Origin: Eledone cirrhosa
Taxonomy: Eukaryota
Assembly: GCA_964016885.1 (NCBI GenBank)
Contig: OZ024749.1
Coordinates: forward strand, 186,001 to 250,000
Direction: 5' to 3'
DNA length: 64,000 nt
Shown: piece by piece, positions 51,296-64,000 of the stretch
Numbering within the stretch: position 1 is the stretch's first letter
Layout: every line of letters begins with the position of its first letter
Notes under the pieces: model-generated
Seen by the model: the letters and a program-made list of their open reading frames with translations, nothing else
What the model was told of the DNA's origin: nothing
Database searches by the model: none
Made by a program: the position numbers and the translations under genes

Positions 51296-52573
51296 ATGGA
51301 AAATAAATTGAGTGAGAAGATTAAATGTGAAACACAATATAAAACGATAAATATTCCTGATGAGATGCCAAAAGATAGAGGAGGGAAGCCATATCACTGT
51401 GATATCTGTAAAAAGTATTTCGCTCATAAGAGAACCTTAACTACACACAAACATATACATACAGGAGAGAAGCCATATCACTGTGAGATCTGTGGTAAAT
51501 CATTCTCTCAGAAAAGTAACTTAACTAAACACAAAAGTGTACATATAGAAGAGAAGCCATATGACTGTGAGATCTGTGGTAAATCATTCTCCCAAAGTAG
51601 TAGCTTAACTTGTCACATACGTATACATACAGGAGATAAGCCATATCACTGTGATATCTGTGGTAAATCATTCTCTCAAAACGGAAACTTAATTAAGCAC
51701 AAACGTATACACACAGGAGACAAGCCATATCACTGTGAGATCTGTGCTAAATCATTCTCTGTAAGTAGTCACTTAACTTCTCACAAACGTATACATACAG
51801 GTGAGAAGCCATACCACTGTGATATCTGTGGTAAATCATTCTCTCAAAAAGGAAGTGTAATTTCTCACAAACGTATACATACAGGAGATAAGCCATATCA
51901 CTGTAATATTTGTGGTAAATCGTTTTCTGAAAGTGGTCAATTAACTAGTCACATACATACACATACTGGAGACAAGCCATATCAGTGTGATATTTGTGGT
52001 AAATCATTCTCTCAAAAAGGAAGCTTAATTAATCACAAACATATACATACAAAGGACAAGCCATATCACTGTGAGATCTGTGGTAAATTATTCTCTGTTA
52101 ATAGTCACTTAAATTCTCACAAACGTATACACACACAAGAGAAGCCATATCACTGTGAGACCTGTGGTAAATCATTCTCTAAAAAAGAAAACTTAATTAG
52201 GCACAAAAGCATACATACAGGAGACACACCATATCATTGTGATATCTGTGGTAAATCATTCTCTCAAAACGTAAGCTTAATTAAGCACAACCGAATACAC
52301 ACAGGAGACAAGCCATATCACTGTGATATCTGTGGTAAATCATTCTCTGAAAAAGGAAGCATAATTAAGCACAAACGTATACATACAGGAGAGAAGCCAT
52401 ATCACTGTGAGATCTGTGGTAAATCATTCTCTCAAAAAGGAAACTTAATTAAGCACAAACGTATACATACTGGAAACAAGCCATATCAGTGTGATACCTG
52501 TGGTAAATCATTCACTGTAAGTAGTCTCTTAACTTCTCACATACTTATACATATGGGAGAGAAGCCATATTAG
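51296..52573 (+). CDS. Tandem C2H2 zinc-finger protein, 14 fingers, 425 aa, no KRAB/SCAN/BTB seen
   Basis: 14 x CxxC-x12-HxxxH with TGEKP/TGDKP linkers. A candidate acceptor (CTAAT branch, TTTCTTTTTCATTTCAG ending 50985) suggests a single coding exon. AATAAA lies at 53283. Confidence 0.93.
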   Translation: MENKLSEKIKCETQYKTINIPDEMPKDRGGKPYHCDICKKYFAHKRTLTTHKHIHTGEKPYHCEICGKSFSQKSNLTKHKSVHIEEKPYDCEICGKSFSQSSSLTCHIRIHTGDKPYHCDICGKSFSQNGNLIKHKRIHTGDKPYHCEICAKSFSVSSHLTSHKRIHTGEKPYHCDICGKSFSQKGSVISHKRIHTGDKPYHCNICGKSFSESGQLTSHIHTHTGDKPYQCDICGKSFSQKGSLINHKHIHTKDKPYHCEICGKLFSVNSHLNSHKRIHTQEKPYHCETCGKSFSKKENLIRHKSIHTGDTPYHCDICGKSFSQNVSLIKHNRIHTGDKPYHCDICGKSFSEKGSIIKHKRIHTGEKPYHCEICGKSFSQKGNLIKHKRIHTGNKPYQCDTCGKSFTVSSLLTSHILIHMGEKPY

Positions 52574-53250
52574 TGTGATATCTGTGGTTAATCATTCTCT
52601 GAAAGTAGTAATTTAACTTCTCACATACGTATATATACTGGAAAGAAGCCATATTTCTGCGAGGTGTGGTATATCATTCTCTATTAGTATTAACCTAATT
52701 TCTTACAAACATATACATATACATACAGGAGTCAAGCCATATCACTGTGATCATCATCATCATCATCATCATCATTTTACGTCCGCTTTTTCCTGCTTGG
52801 TAAATCATTCTGTGAAAAGCAGCTTAACTACTCACAAACTTACACATGCAGAAGAGAACTCATAACACAGTGATATCAGTGATAAATCATTCTCTCAAAA
52901 TTGTCAATTAATGAGACAAACATACAAATCTCTGTGATATCTGTTCAATATTACATTAACTACACACAAACATATACATAGAGGTGGAAAGCCAATCACT
53001 TTGATACATTTAGAAAATATTTCTTTGAATGGAGCAAGTTAACTAATTATATACATAAATGAGGGAAACCATATCAATATGATATCTATGGCAAATCATT
53101 CTCTAGATGTTGTGGCTTCACTAGATACCAACATTTACAAACAGGAGAGGAACTATATCACTGTGATGTTTGTGGTAAATAATTCTCTTGTAAATGTTAC
53201 TTAATGAAATACAAACACAATCAGACAAGATAAAACCATATCACTCACCC
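52574..53250 (+). pseudogene. Degenerate zinc-finger repeats in the presumed 3' UTR
   Basis: CCATATCACTGTGAT..TGTGGTAAATCATTCTCT units continue past the stop with stops and indels. Confidence 0.85.
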
Positions 53251-53469
53251 AAAATAGTGCCAACAATGTTGTAAATGTTTTGAATAAAACGGGTTTATGC
53301 AGACATTATCCTCCTTTCATTTTATTTGTAGAAGTTGTAACCAAGACTTGTGCTGACAAAACTGTATGGTACAAGATTAAAAAAAAAATAAAAATATATA
53401 TAGTGGTAGAACACTGGAAGGTAATATCCGTAGTGGTAGAGCACTCACTCCATGGGACGAGTTAGGTTG

Positions 53470-53615
53470 AAGTGATAACACAACAGTTATTTCACCATAC
53501 CGAGAACAATTGTTTCACCTTAGCGGATCCTCAGCTTGTTATTTTACGAGCTGAGGATCCGCTAAAGTGAAACAATTGTTCTCGGTATGGTGAACTAACT
53601 GTTGTGCAACCACTT
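53470..53615. repeat. ~70-bp-arm palindrome carrying two opposed minimal HHR-like motifs
   Basis: Arms surround the loop at 53540-53545. The plus arm reads CGAG CTGAGGA TCCGCTAAAGT GAAA CAATTG TT CTCG (53547-53584). Confidence 0.8.
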
Positions 53616-53629
53616 CTATGTATATACTT

Positions 53630-53947
53630 ACAGTGGTTAGAGCATTGGCCTTGCAATCGAAAGTTTGTGAGTTCAATTCTCAGACCGGGTGATGTGTTGT
53701 TTCCTTGAGCAAGACACTTTATTTCACATTGCTCCAATTTACTCAGCTGTAGAAATGAGATGATAGGGACTGCGGTCCATATCATTCCACTGCAAAGTGG
53801 TCGTGCAGGTGCCACGGCAAAAAAGCACCCAGCACTCACTGTAAATGAGGTTGGTGTTAGGAAGAGCATCCAGCTGTAGAAACCAAGCCAAAATCAGTTC
53901 CCGTCCCACCCTTGCAAGCAGGAAAAAAGCGGACGTAAAATGAAATG
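53630..53947 (+). mobile_element. CORE-like SINE (same family as 348-707); also 60437-60765 on minus and 3' part 61436-61594
   Basis: Near-identical to 362-678. Confidence 0.9.
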
Positions 53948-53989
53948 ATATATATATATATATATATATATATAAATTACACAATTATC

Positions 53990-56754
53990 AAAGTTATGTT
54001 CAAATCATTTTATTGCTGACAATCGTTTCTTTCAAACTTTCGTTTGGAGTCATCGGAGCACTAGCAATGTTTGTACTTATAATTAACCTCCTATTCAACT
54101 GAACAATCATATAGATACATACATATTGATGTTGTGAACAACAGTTTCGTATTTACAGGGTGGAATGGATGCGACATATATTATACGAGAATTGTACAAT
54201 AATTCAAATTCAAATTAAAAGCAAGTGGAATACATGCGACAGATAATACAAGGGAATAGTCTAATAATTAGAGGCATTGAGGAAGAATGAGGACACTAGC
54301 AGTACATATGTAGCGTGTAGAGAGTGCACATGCATTAGTTATATATATGAAGGAAACAAGCAAAGGTATCAGGCATAAATAAATACTGTATGGCAAAGGT
54401 ATCACATAAAATAACACAGTAACTAGCTAATTAAATTAAATTAAATTATATAGGAAAGTATCAATTATTTAAATTCTTTGCTCTAATATACATTATATTG
54501 TGTAACAAGTGAATCCCATCTATATAATGTTATTTATTTATATTTAATTTTAAATACAGTCTATTTTCCTATAATACATTACATTGTTATCTATCCATTA
54601 CTGGACAAGATATAAGTTATGGAAAAATGTATAGCTGTTTACAGGTCCAATTAGTTAAATCTCTTGTGTTATTAATATACATTATATTATGTTAAAAGTT
54701 AATCCCTTATATGCTATTAATTTATATATTTAATTATAAATGTATATATAATTTATTATCACATATTGCATTAAATGTCTCTACATATTATATATCCATT
54801 ACTGTATATAATATAAGTAAGCTATAGTAGTTATATTAAAAGGTGGTAACTTTATGTTTATTTATAATAGTTATTGTAGAGTATAAGGTTTGAGAAAATA
54901 GGAGTTATGTAAAGGAAAGAGCTGATCAAAGAGTGTGATGCTGTGGGGGCTAAGTCCTAGAGGTGAAGTGTTAATTGTGGTGAGGAATTCAAATCTGACA
55001 TTGTTATATGCTAGCACCTAGGTTTAAAGTTATGGAATTAGTGTCGGTAGTGGTGCTGGCATGAGGAAAACACCTCTGATTTTCTATTTAGGAGGTCTAG
55101 TTTCGAAAAGATTATAGTACGGGTCTCTAGAAGACAGGTTACACAATTTATTCAGTGGTTTATACGATGCAGCCCTACCTACTACTTCCCATTGAAGTAT
55201 ATATGGTCTATTCCTAGTTTTCAGAGAGTGTATGTAGCTAGATAAAGAAGTGGAGTTGGCTAGATTGTGATTTTTGAAAGAGTGGAGGTGCGTGTTGTAT
55301 CTCATCTTGAAGCAGTTTGAAGTTGAGCCAATATATGTTTTAGAAGAGTTGTTTGTGTTGACCGTGCATGAGTAAATGTCTTTGATTAAGCAATTTTTAC
55401 CTAAGGGGCAAGTTCCACATGTTCTACAGTTACAGTTATTCTGGTTGTTTGCTTGCCAGTTACTATGTTGTGTAGAAGTCTGGTTGCTAGGGATAGCATT
55501 AGGGTAATGATGGTTGTCGTTCCTATTGTTATTGATTTCATTAGTGCTATTACCATTATTATTATTGCTACTAGGATTTACAGGTACTATTTTGTTCTGT
55601 AAATTTACCCCCTGTTGTGTTTTAATTAGTTGGAAATAATTATTAATCTTCCTTTTATTACTACTAGCTATATGGTATGTGATGTTAGGTGTGGTAGAGT
55701 AAGAGATTTTAATGGTATTTTTATTGATAAGATTATGGTATTTGTGACCGGTTGGGAAGTTTTTTCTAGGATTGAGAAGAAAGCCTTAGGCAAGTTGGTA
55801 GAGACGTTTAGATTGAAAGGGGGATTGAAGAATGTATTAGTTCTTCTATTTTTGTTTTTTGTAATGTTTTTTTAAGTATTTGTATTTCTGTTTATATTAT
55901 TATTGTGGTGTTTATTTTGGTGCGAGTTAAGTTTGATATTATCCTTCGTATTAGAGTTAGTGTGGCTAGTACTTTTATTATTTTTCCTCGTGGCCATATT
56001 GTGAGAAATAATGTTGTAACTATGTGATTTTATAGGTAGAAATTGAATCTCATTTTTATGGCCTGATTTAGCTAAGGCCTCGTTATAGTATTGGGAATTA
56101 TTATTAAATATGGTTTCGTTATATGATAGATTAGAGATTCTATTAGATATTTCTTTAGTAATTGAGATAAATATGGATTTAAGGTGGTTAGAGTTGGTAT
56201 CCACATAAATTAGTTTTTTGTTTGGTTTATGAAAGGGTGTATATATTTTAGTCCAGGCAAAGGGTAGCATCAAGGAAGTTAAAGTTTTTAGTGTTTTTAT
56301 CTAAGGTAATACTTAAGTTGAAGTTTTTGAAAATTTTATGTAATTGTTTCCTAGTTCTTTCTATATTAAATTTTTTATAGTCTATAAGGAGTAGTGCATC
56401 ATCGCGGTATAAACCACCATTGAGGTAGGGTAGGTTCTTATGGATTTCATTTAGTAGATATAGGCCCACCAAATCAGTGACCTGTGCCGAGTCACTAGAT
56501 CCCATAGTTATGTTAAAGTTGTTATGTGTATCCTTGCGGATCCATAATTGATCTTCAAATGTAATTATGGTTTTTTTGGACCGCAAGGATGACATCAATT
56601 TGGGATCTAGTCAGGTCACTATTGTTCAAGGCCATAATTAATGCCTTATTTAATAGGATAGGGGAAATAGAGGTGTAGTATGAATTCATATCAAATTGTA
56701 TTAATTTTTTATTTTTATTCTCTTTAATATCCTTGAACCATTCAATAACTTCAC

Positions 56755-56756
<2 letters not shown>
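53990..56756 (-). mobile_element. Penelope-like element, 5'-truncated: RT, CxCx5C linker, GIY-YIG and long 3' region with degenerate HHR
   Basis: ITMGSSDSAQVTDLVGLYLL, GLYRDD, NFLD and KP..YV..SNH. Then CNCRTCGTCPL..YIGST..RYNTH. An HHR-like motif lies at 54014-54060. Confidence 0.88.
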
Positions 56757-56793
<37 letters not shown>

Positions 56794-56889
56794 TGTGTAG
56801 AAATCTGTGCCCATGTATATATTTGTATCTGTGTTTGTATGTAAGTATGTGCTTTTCTGTATTTGTGTATGTATGTGTACATCATGTTC

Positions 56890-57465
56890 ATCAACATCAT
56901 TGTTTTTCGATGCTTGCATAGGTTGGATGGGTCTTTCTCAACATGGCATCTCTCCTCTCATCGCATTCCTTCATTATCACCTCTGTGAGTCTCAGTGATT
57001 TAAGGTCAGTTTACACAGCATCTGTCCAGGTCATTCTTGGTCTACCTCTACTGCGACTTCCTTCCACTGGGCAATCATTATCCATTGTCCGTACTAATGC
57101 AGTGTTCTCTCGTGTACACCACTTTGGAGCCCTCTTAAACCCATCTTCTCCCTCAACTCGTCCAAACTCTGTTTTTCTCTCACACTTACATGGCAACGAA
57201 ACATGGTTGCTTCATTTCTTTCCAGTCTACTCGTGTCCTTTGCAGTCACAGCTCATATTTCACCACCACATGCAGCATCACTTTTTGCACACATGCGTCA
57301 TACAGTTGTCTTTTAGTACAGAGAGAGAAACCTTTTGTGGTCAACAGTGGGAGAAGCTCTCTAAACTTTTTCCATCCTATCCTTATTCTAGCTATTCTTC
57401 TCTCAGAGCACCCTCCACCGCTGTTAATTAAATCACCTAGATCGCAGAAGCTATCAGCCACTTCG
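56890..57465 (-). mobile_element. Decayed RTE LINE 3' fragment
   Basis: GGGCSERRIARIRIGWKKFRELLPLL and GRPRMTW. Confidence 0.88.
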
Positions 57466-58295
57466 ATATGTGTATAAATATTTGTGTATCTGTATGTGCA
57501 TATATGTATATTTTATGTTCATGTATATATGTGTATATATCTGCATAGATTTGCAGAATTCGTTTCATCTATCAACTCTCCGAGTTTAAATCCAACTGAG
57601 GTCAAACTTACTGCTAAGATTTGAAGTTTTTAAATAATATACCCGTCAATATTTATATATATATATTTATATATTACACAGCAGCGAGACCTAGGCACTG
57701 TGTGATGAGGACCTGTGAAGATTAGATCAATATCCGTGAACGGCAAAGTATATATGTTCTGTGAAAAATTAGGCAAAAGAGGGATCAGACGTTGTGTGCA
57801 GGAGAAGAGATTGCATCGGTATGGACATGTGATGTGTATGAAAGAAGACAGGTGTGGAAACCAAGCCAAAATCTACCCTGGGTGAGCTAAACATCGTTTT
57901 CTGACCTGATTTTATCCCTAAAAGTCAACTCGTCCTACCCATGCTAGTTTGGAAGGCGTTAAACAACAACAATGATAATGATATATATATATATATATTT
58001 GAAAAAAAGGAAAAGAATGACTTCACTTGTAGTGTTAAAAAAATGTTTGATTTAATTTTATATTATAAGTTGGTAGATCCAGTAAGTTCTTTGTTAACTT
58101 CGGTGGGAAGAATTTTAAAGATTCCTGTTTAACTTGGGTTGGAGAACTTTCTCTGTCTGTGGTGATTGTCCAACTGAGATCAGGTTGTGTTGAAATGTAT
58201 ATATATATATATTTATTTGTATATAAATATATATATATCAAATGAAACAACGGAGTAAAGGATTCTCGTTTATCACTGTAATTTAATGGGTTCAA

Positions 58296-60255
58296 TGCTC
58301 AAGTCTCGAATACGTCGTAAGAATTCAGATGGAGTCCTATCGCCTAAGCTCTCGTCTTCCAGTAAGGAACGAAATCTGCTTTCAGCAGATTGACAATTTC
58401 GTCGTAAAATTTCCGTCCGCAACGAATCATAAGTTGTACCGAGTGGCGGATCTGTGATTAAATCCTTTACTGAAGTAGCCAGTGACGCAGGTATCCCACT
58501 AACCAGAACATTGAGCTTGTGTTCTGCTTTAACTCCGCAGGTAGCAAAATAAACAGGTGTGTGTGCAAAAGAGAAAGATGGGGGCGTTTGTGGCTCAGGT
58601 GCGTGAGCGTCTGTGTGGGCCCGTTTAAGTCTATCAACCGCAATGATCTCTCTGGATCCCTTAATGTCTACAGTGAAATATTTATCAGAACAAGCTAATA
58701 CACGGTAGGGTCCAGAGTAGTTGTGTGAGAGGTGGTCTCACAGCATCGTTTCTTACGAACACATGGGTCCACGAAGTAATATCACTCGGGACTGCAGATT
58801 TTACAGTTTGTTTCCTCGTAACCATCGGCGGCAGGTCCTGAAAATAAGAACGCAGACGTTCAACGAGGATGTTTGTCATGAAAATTCCACTATCCGATCA
58901 GCGAAGCAGCAATCTGCTCTAACGAGCTGATATCGATCATGTTGGCCAATATCGTCTGGACGTTATTCGGAAGGTGAGAGAAAAATAGTTTTTTAAGGAG
59001 CTGTCTTTGTTGGCTGACTTGCTCAGGTCTCGAATACGTCGTAAGAATTCAGATGGAGTCCTATCGCCTAAGCTCTCGTCTTCCAGTAAGGAACGAAATC
59101 TGCTTTCAGCAGATTGACAATTTCGTCGTAAAATTTCCGTCCGCAACGAATCATAAGTTGTACCGAGTGGCGGATCTGTGATTAAATCCTTTACTGAAGT
59201 AGCCAGTGACGCAGGTATCCCACTAACCAGAACATTGAGCTTGTGTTCTGCTTTAACTCCACAGGTAGCAAAATAGGCATCTAGTTGCGCGAACCATAGC
59301 TTAGGATCGCCAGAGAACGCAGGTAAATTCCTACCACTCATTATGAGAATGTATCAGTCCACATAAAAATTCAAAGTGATATCCTGTTAAAACGAACGAC
59401 ACGAGGTATCGCTTCCGAGTGCCTTACACAGAAAAATGAGATGTTTAGAACAACGGAAAAATACAAAATTTCCTTAACATCCAAGCATCAATAAAAACGT
59501 TCTCTACTATTTATACAAGAAAAAGTCATTTAGTGAATTGGCAAGATTCGGAAATTTTAAGTCGCACGACAGTAAGACATAAGATATAAAGATGGCTTCA
59601 GCGTTTCTTGTTCAAGAAGAAGTCATCCCATGATGCGGCTCAGCCAATCAGATGGCTGCATTTCGGCCAAGTAGAAGAAATGGCTGAAAAATTGCCCGAC
59701 AAGGCAGGCATGTAGAATTTTTCTTTTTTTTTTTTTTTTGCTTTTATAATAAAATATATATATATATATTTTTTTAAATGTTCAATATTGTTAAGCACTG
59801 TTTTAGTTCTCAATAGTTTTTGTTTGATTTTTCTAAAGTCAGTTTTTTTTTTGTACTCCACTGTATTACACTACTTTTTGCTCGTTTTTCTGTTTTTGTA
59901 GAAAAAATGTTGCGTTCAAGATGTGAAAGAGAAGTTGAAAGTTAACAGATGAGAAGGCGTTTTTTACTTTGTCGGGGTCAACCACTTTAGAAGGCTACCT
60001 GATTCCCATTACAGAAGTGAATCAGATATCTTCTTAGAAAATACAGCATAACCAATTGTAAATAATAAAATATATTATTTTATTATAAGATAATAATGAT
60101 GAGTTTAACATAGCACAAAATTATGCATGTCGTCTCTTCGCAAGTCGCCGCCAGAGAGTCAATGATTTGGTGACGTCACTTTGTGATGTCAGAACTATGT
60201 GCCGGTAACTCTGCATAGCTGTCTCCAAGCACACGACAGATGTCGCTTCACTACA
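58296..60255 (-). mobile_element. Internally deleted Gypsy LTR element
   Basis: LTR ~59986-60255 starting TGTAGTG, PBS TGGTTGACCCCGAC at 59971-59984, gag LPAF..DPKLWFAQ..LGDRTPSEFL (58937-59341), and integrase C-terminus HVFVRNDAVRPPL. No protease or RT is present. Confidence 0.85.
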
Positions 60256-60767
60256 AGCGAATACACGAAGGGAATGTGTTTTCAATTACAGGGGGTATAT
60301 TACCACTAAACTGAAAAACAAAAACTACGAAATTCAGTAGCCCCGCTTCAGTACTGACTTAGTCATTGTAGACCTGTCTAACCCATGCTAGCAGAGGAAG
60401 CAGATGTTAAACAATGATGAAGACGATGTATATATATATTCATTTTACGTCCGCTTTTCCCTGATTGCAAAGGTGGGACGGGAACTGATTCTGGCTAATT
60501 TCTACAGCTGGATGCCCTTCCTAACACCAACCTCATTTACAGTGACTGCTAGGTGCTTTTTTGCCGTGGCACCTCCACGACCACTTTCCAGTGGAATGAT
60601 AGGGACCCCAGTCCCTATAATTTCATTTCTACAGCTGAGTAAACTAGAGCAATGTGAAATAAAGTGTCTTGCTCAAGGAAACAACACATCACCCGGCCTG
60701 AGAATTGAACTCTCAACCCTTCGATTGCAAGCCCAATACTCCAACCACCAAGCCATGTGCCTCCATA

Positions 60768-60809
<42 letters not shown>

Positions 60810-61596
60810 TAAATTTTATTTTTTGTTCTCATATATATATGAGAACAAAAAATTAAATTTACCTGCTATTTCTAGCAGGTTGAGCAACCATGTAGAGGCT
60901 CCTTATTTGCTTGTTCATTTTCTTGTTAGTGTTAAGAATGTTAAGGCAATAGAGCTGTTTCCCCACTCAAAAAAAATTCATTTCCCATCATGTTTAATAC
61001 TGTAAAAGCCAAAGCTATACCATCTCATAAAGTATAACAGTCCATGAGGGCCGCTGAAAGAGGATTTAAAGAGAGGGAAAGATAAAGGGGAGTAATATAT
61101 GCAGAAAGAGATTTTTTTCCCCAAAGCTAAACGGTTAAGTTTCAAAATATTTAATTTATGTTATTTTAAGGGTGAAGAATCAAGATTTTAGGTTTTTTAA
61201 AAGTTGCTGGTTATTTATATTTATTAATTTTATAAATTCTATAAGTGTGTTAACATTTCTAAACTTCTGAATTTAATGAGGATAAAATTTAAAGGATTTA
61301 CCTGGCCAGCGAAAGGAAAATTTACACTGTTGAATATTTTCCTAAATGTAAACTTTAACAAAGATTACCTATAAAAATGTCAACATTTTCGGTATGTAAA
61401 GCTTATGAAATACTTATTGTTAGAAATATTTAAATACAGTGAGTGCTGAGTGCCACGGCAAAAAGGCACCCAGCACTCACTGTAAATGAGGTTGGTGTTA
61501 GGAAGGGCATCCAGCTGTAGAAATCATGCCAGAATCAGTTCCCGTCCCACCCTTGCAAGCAGGGAAAAAGCGGACGTGAAATGAAATGATGATGAT

Positions 61597-64000
61597 AGAG
61601 TAAATGACAGAATAATTAAAATAAGACTTGTTCTAAATAGAACTACTGTGACAGTAATATCTGCATACGCGCCCCAATCCGGACTGCCTGGCGCTATAAA
61701 AGACAGATTCTAGGAGACACTGATGCTCACTACCTCCCAAATAACTGACAGTGACTATATAATTATTGCTGGCGACCTAAATGGCCATGTTGGACAACAT
61801 TGTGACGGCTATGACGGAATCCACGGAGGCTATGGGTTTGGTACTAGAAACGAGGAAGGCTCCAGAATCCTGGAATTCTGTGATGCAAATAACCTAACTA
61901 TCTATAACACTAACTTCAAAAAATGAGACAATCACTTGATCACCTACAGATCAGGGGAACATACCAGCCAGGTAGATTATATCCTTACCAGAAGACATGA
62001 CAGAGTGTCTGTTGTAAACACTAAATCCCTCCCCCATGAAGAATGCACCTCCAAACATAGACTGATAATTAGCGACCTCATAGTCAGGACGAGACGTACT
62101 AGACAGCAGAAGAGGACTATCCTCAGGAGAAAAATATGGAAGCTAAAGGACCCCACAGCCAGAAATAAATTTAAAAGCATATTACTTGATGCTTTCGACA
62201 GTAAGGAACAATTAGTCGTACAATATAGAGGAACAGTGGGAATTCCTGAAAGCAAACCTGCTGATGGCGGCAGACAAAGTCTGTGGCTGGAGCAGGCCTG
62301 TAGGCAGAAGGAGAGTAACATGGTCGTGGAACAGTAAGGTGGAGGAGTCAATTAAGGCCAAAAAGCAGGCTTGGAAAGTATGGCAGGATGGGGGAAGTAG
62401 AGAAGACTATCAAGTGGCCAGGAGGAAGCTAGGAGACAAGTGTACTTCGCAAGAAGGGAAGCAGAGGAAAGAAAGTTCAAGGATGTTCTACAACGCGAGG
62501 ACCAAAAACGTGAGGTGTTCAGGATTGCTAGGCAATGTGTCAAGGAAAACCGTGATATTGTCGGGGAGAAGTGTGTACTTAATGATGATGGCGTACTTGC
62601 CATCACTGACGCTGATAAGGTAGCTTGGAAGTGTCACTACGAAAGGCTACTAAATGAGGAGAACAAATGGGAGAAAGACAGTCTCCCCCACATCGACCCA
62701 ATAGAGGGACCAGCAGTGTTAGTCGAAGGTAGTATAATAAGTAAGGCAATCAAAGATATGAAGACGGGTAAAGCGGCTGGGCCTTCGGAAATAGTTGCTG
62801 AGATGCTGAAAGCCTCTGGAACGGTGGAACACACCATGGTCACCCGGATAGTAAACCAAGTCATACAGAATGGGGTTGTTCCGAAGGACTGGCATAGCAG
62901 CATCATCATTAACTGTTACAAGGGTAAAGGAGATGCCCTAGATAGGTGTAACTATAGAGGCATTAAATTAATCAACGAGGTCATGAAGGTCACGGAAAAA
63001 GTAATAGCGCAACTAATCAGAGAGAGAATTGATCTAGATGAAATGCAGTTCGGGTTTGTGTCAGGCAAAAGTACCACAGACGCTCTTTTCATTGTACGAC
63101 AACTACAGGAGAAGTACCTAGCTAAAAGTAAACCCCTATACTTAGCTTTTGTTGACTTGGAGAAAGCCTTCGACAGAGTCCCCGGTTCCATTATCTGGTG
63201 GGCTCTTAGAAAACTAGGTGTTGACGAATGGTTTGTGAGAGCTATACAAGCCATGTATAAAGAAACAGTCAGCAAGGTTAGAATTAACAACGAATATAGT
63301 GAAGAGTTTAGCGTAAAAGTTGGTGTCCATCAGGGCTCTGTTCTTAGCCCCCTACTATTTATTATTGCCCTTCAGGCTATAACAGAGGAGTTCAAGACCG
63401 GCTGCCCATGGGAACTCCTATATGCAGATGATCTAACGCTCATAGCTGAATCAATGACCGAGCTAGAGAAGAAATTCCAAACATGGAAGCACGGCCTAGA
63501 ATCAAAAGGCCTTAAAATTAACCTGGCTAAGACTAAAGTTCTAGTTTGTAGGAAAAAAAATAAGGCGGCGGTCCCTTCCAGGAAATGGCCATGCTCAGTG
63601 TGTAGGAAAGGCGTAGGTAGAAACTCCATTTTATGTCCCAAATGCAAAGTATGGGTGCATAAAAGATGTAGTGGGATCACAGGTAAGCTAACTAAGAACA
63701 TAGATTTTACATGTGGCCGGTGCTCTGGTGCAATAAGTAGCAGCAAGTGCCCACAAAATACTAGCTCTTTCAATTGCGCAGAGGGTTCTATAGAAATAGT
63801 GGACAGCTTCCGTTACCTGGGTGACAAAATCAGCAGTGGGGGAGGGTGCTCTGAAAGTACAGTAGCTAGAGTCAGAACTGGATGGAAAAAGTTCAGAGAG
63901 CTTATACCACTATTAGCCGCTAAAGGGTTCTCCCTAAAAATGAAAGGCAGGTTATACGATGCCTGAATACGAACAGCAATGCTACATGGCAGTGAGACCT
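61597..64000 (+). mobile_element. RTE LINE, APE and RT, disrupted, runs off the window
   Basis: APE motifs ISAYAP, AGDLNGHVG, QVDYIL and SKHRL. RT ORF 62440-63966 has QFGF, DLEKAFD, QGSVLSP and YADD. Stops at 61924 and 63964, plus frameshifts. Confidence 0.95.

Noticed and set aside
52571-52591. A-to-I readthrough of the ZNF UAG stop
   Set aside because: A second in-frame stop follows six codons later and the downstream fingers are frameshifted.

Overview
This is AT-rich eukaryotic DNA. The SINE/RTE repertoire and the C2H2 zinc-finger style suggest an octopus or other coleoid cephalopod (inference). About 1-21.0 kb is a roughly 3.5-copy tandem array of a 5.9-kb composite unit. Each unit holds a (TATG)n microsatellite, a tRNA-SINE, RTE fragments, a GC-rich CRE-like RT/RLE retrotransposon remnant, a Pol III-like cassette and a 60-bp palindrome. 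About 23.9-35 kb is a 71-bp satellite in two opposite orientations, invaded by SINEs, a Helitron, a long-TIR MITE and an RTE. About 37.6-43.5 kb holds a family of type I hammerhead ribozyme (HHR) termini interleaved with a head-to-tail Helitron array; one Helitron sits 1 nt past a ribozyme cleavage site. The rest contains two decayed Gypsy elements, Penelope-like elements with more HHR motifs, many RTE LINE pieces and one convincing host gene, a 14-finger C2H2 zinc-finger ORF (51296-52573). Most listed ORFs are microsatellite or antisense artefacts. Everything was read by eye, so boundaries of decayed elements are approximate.
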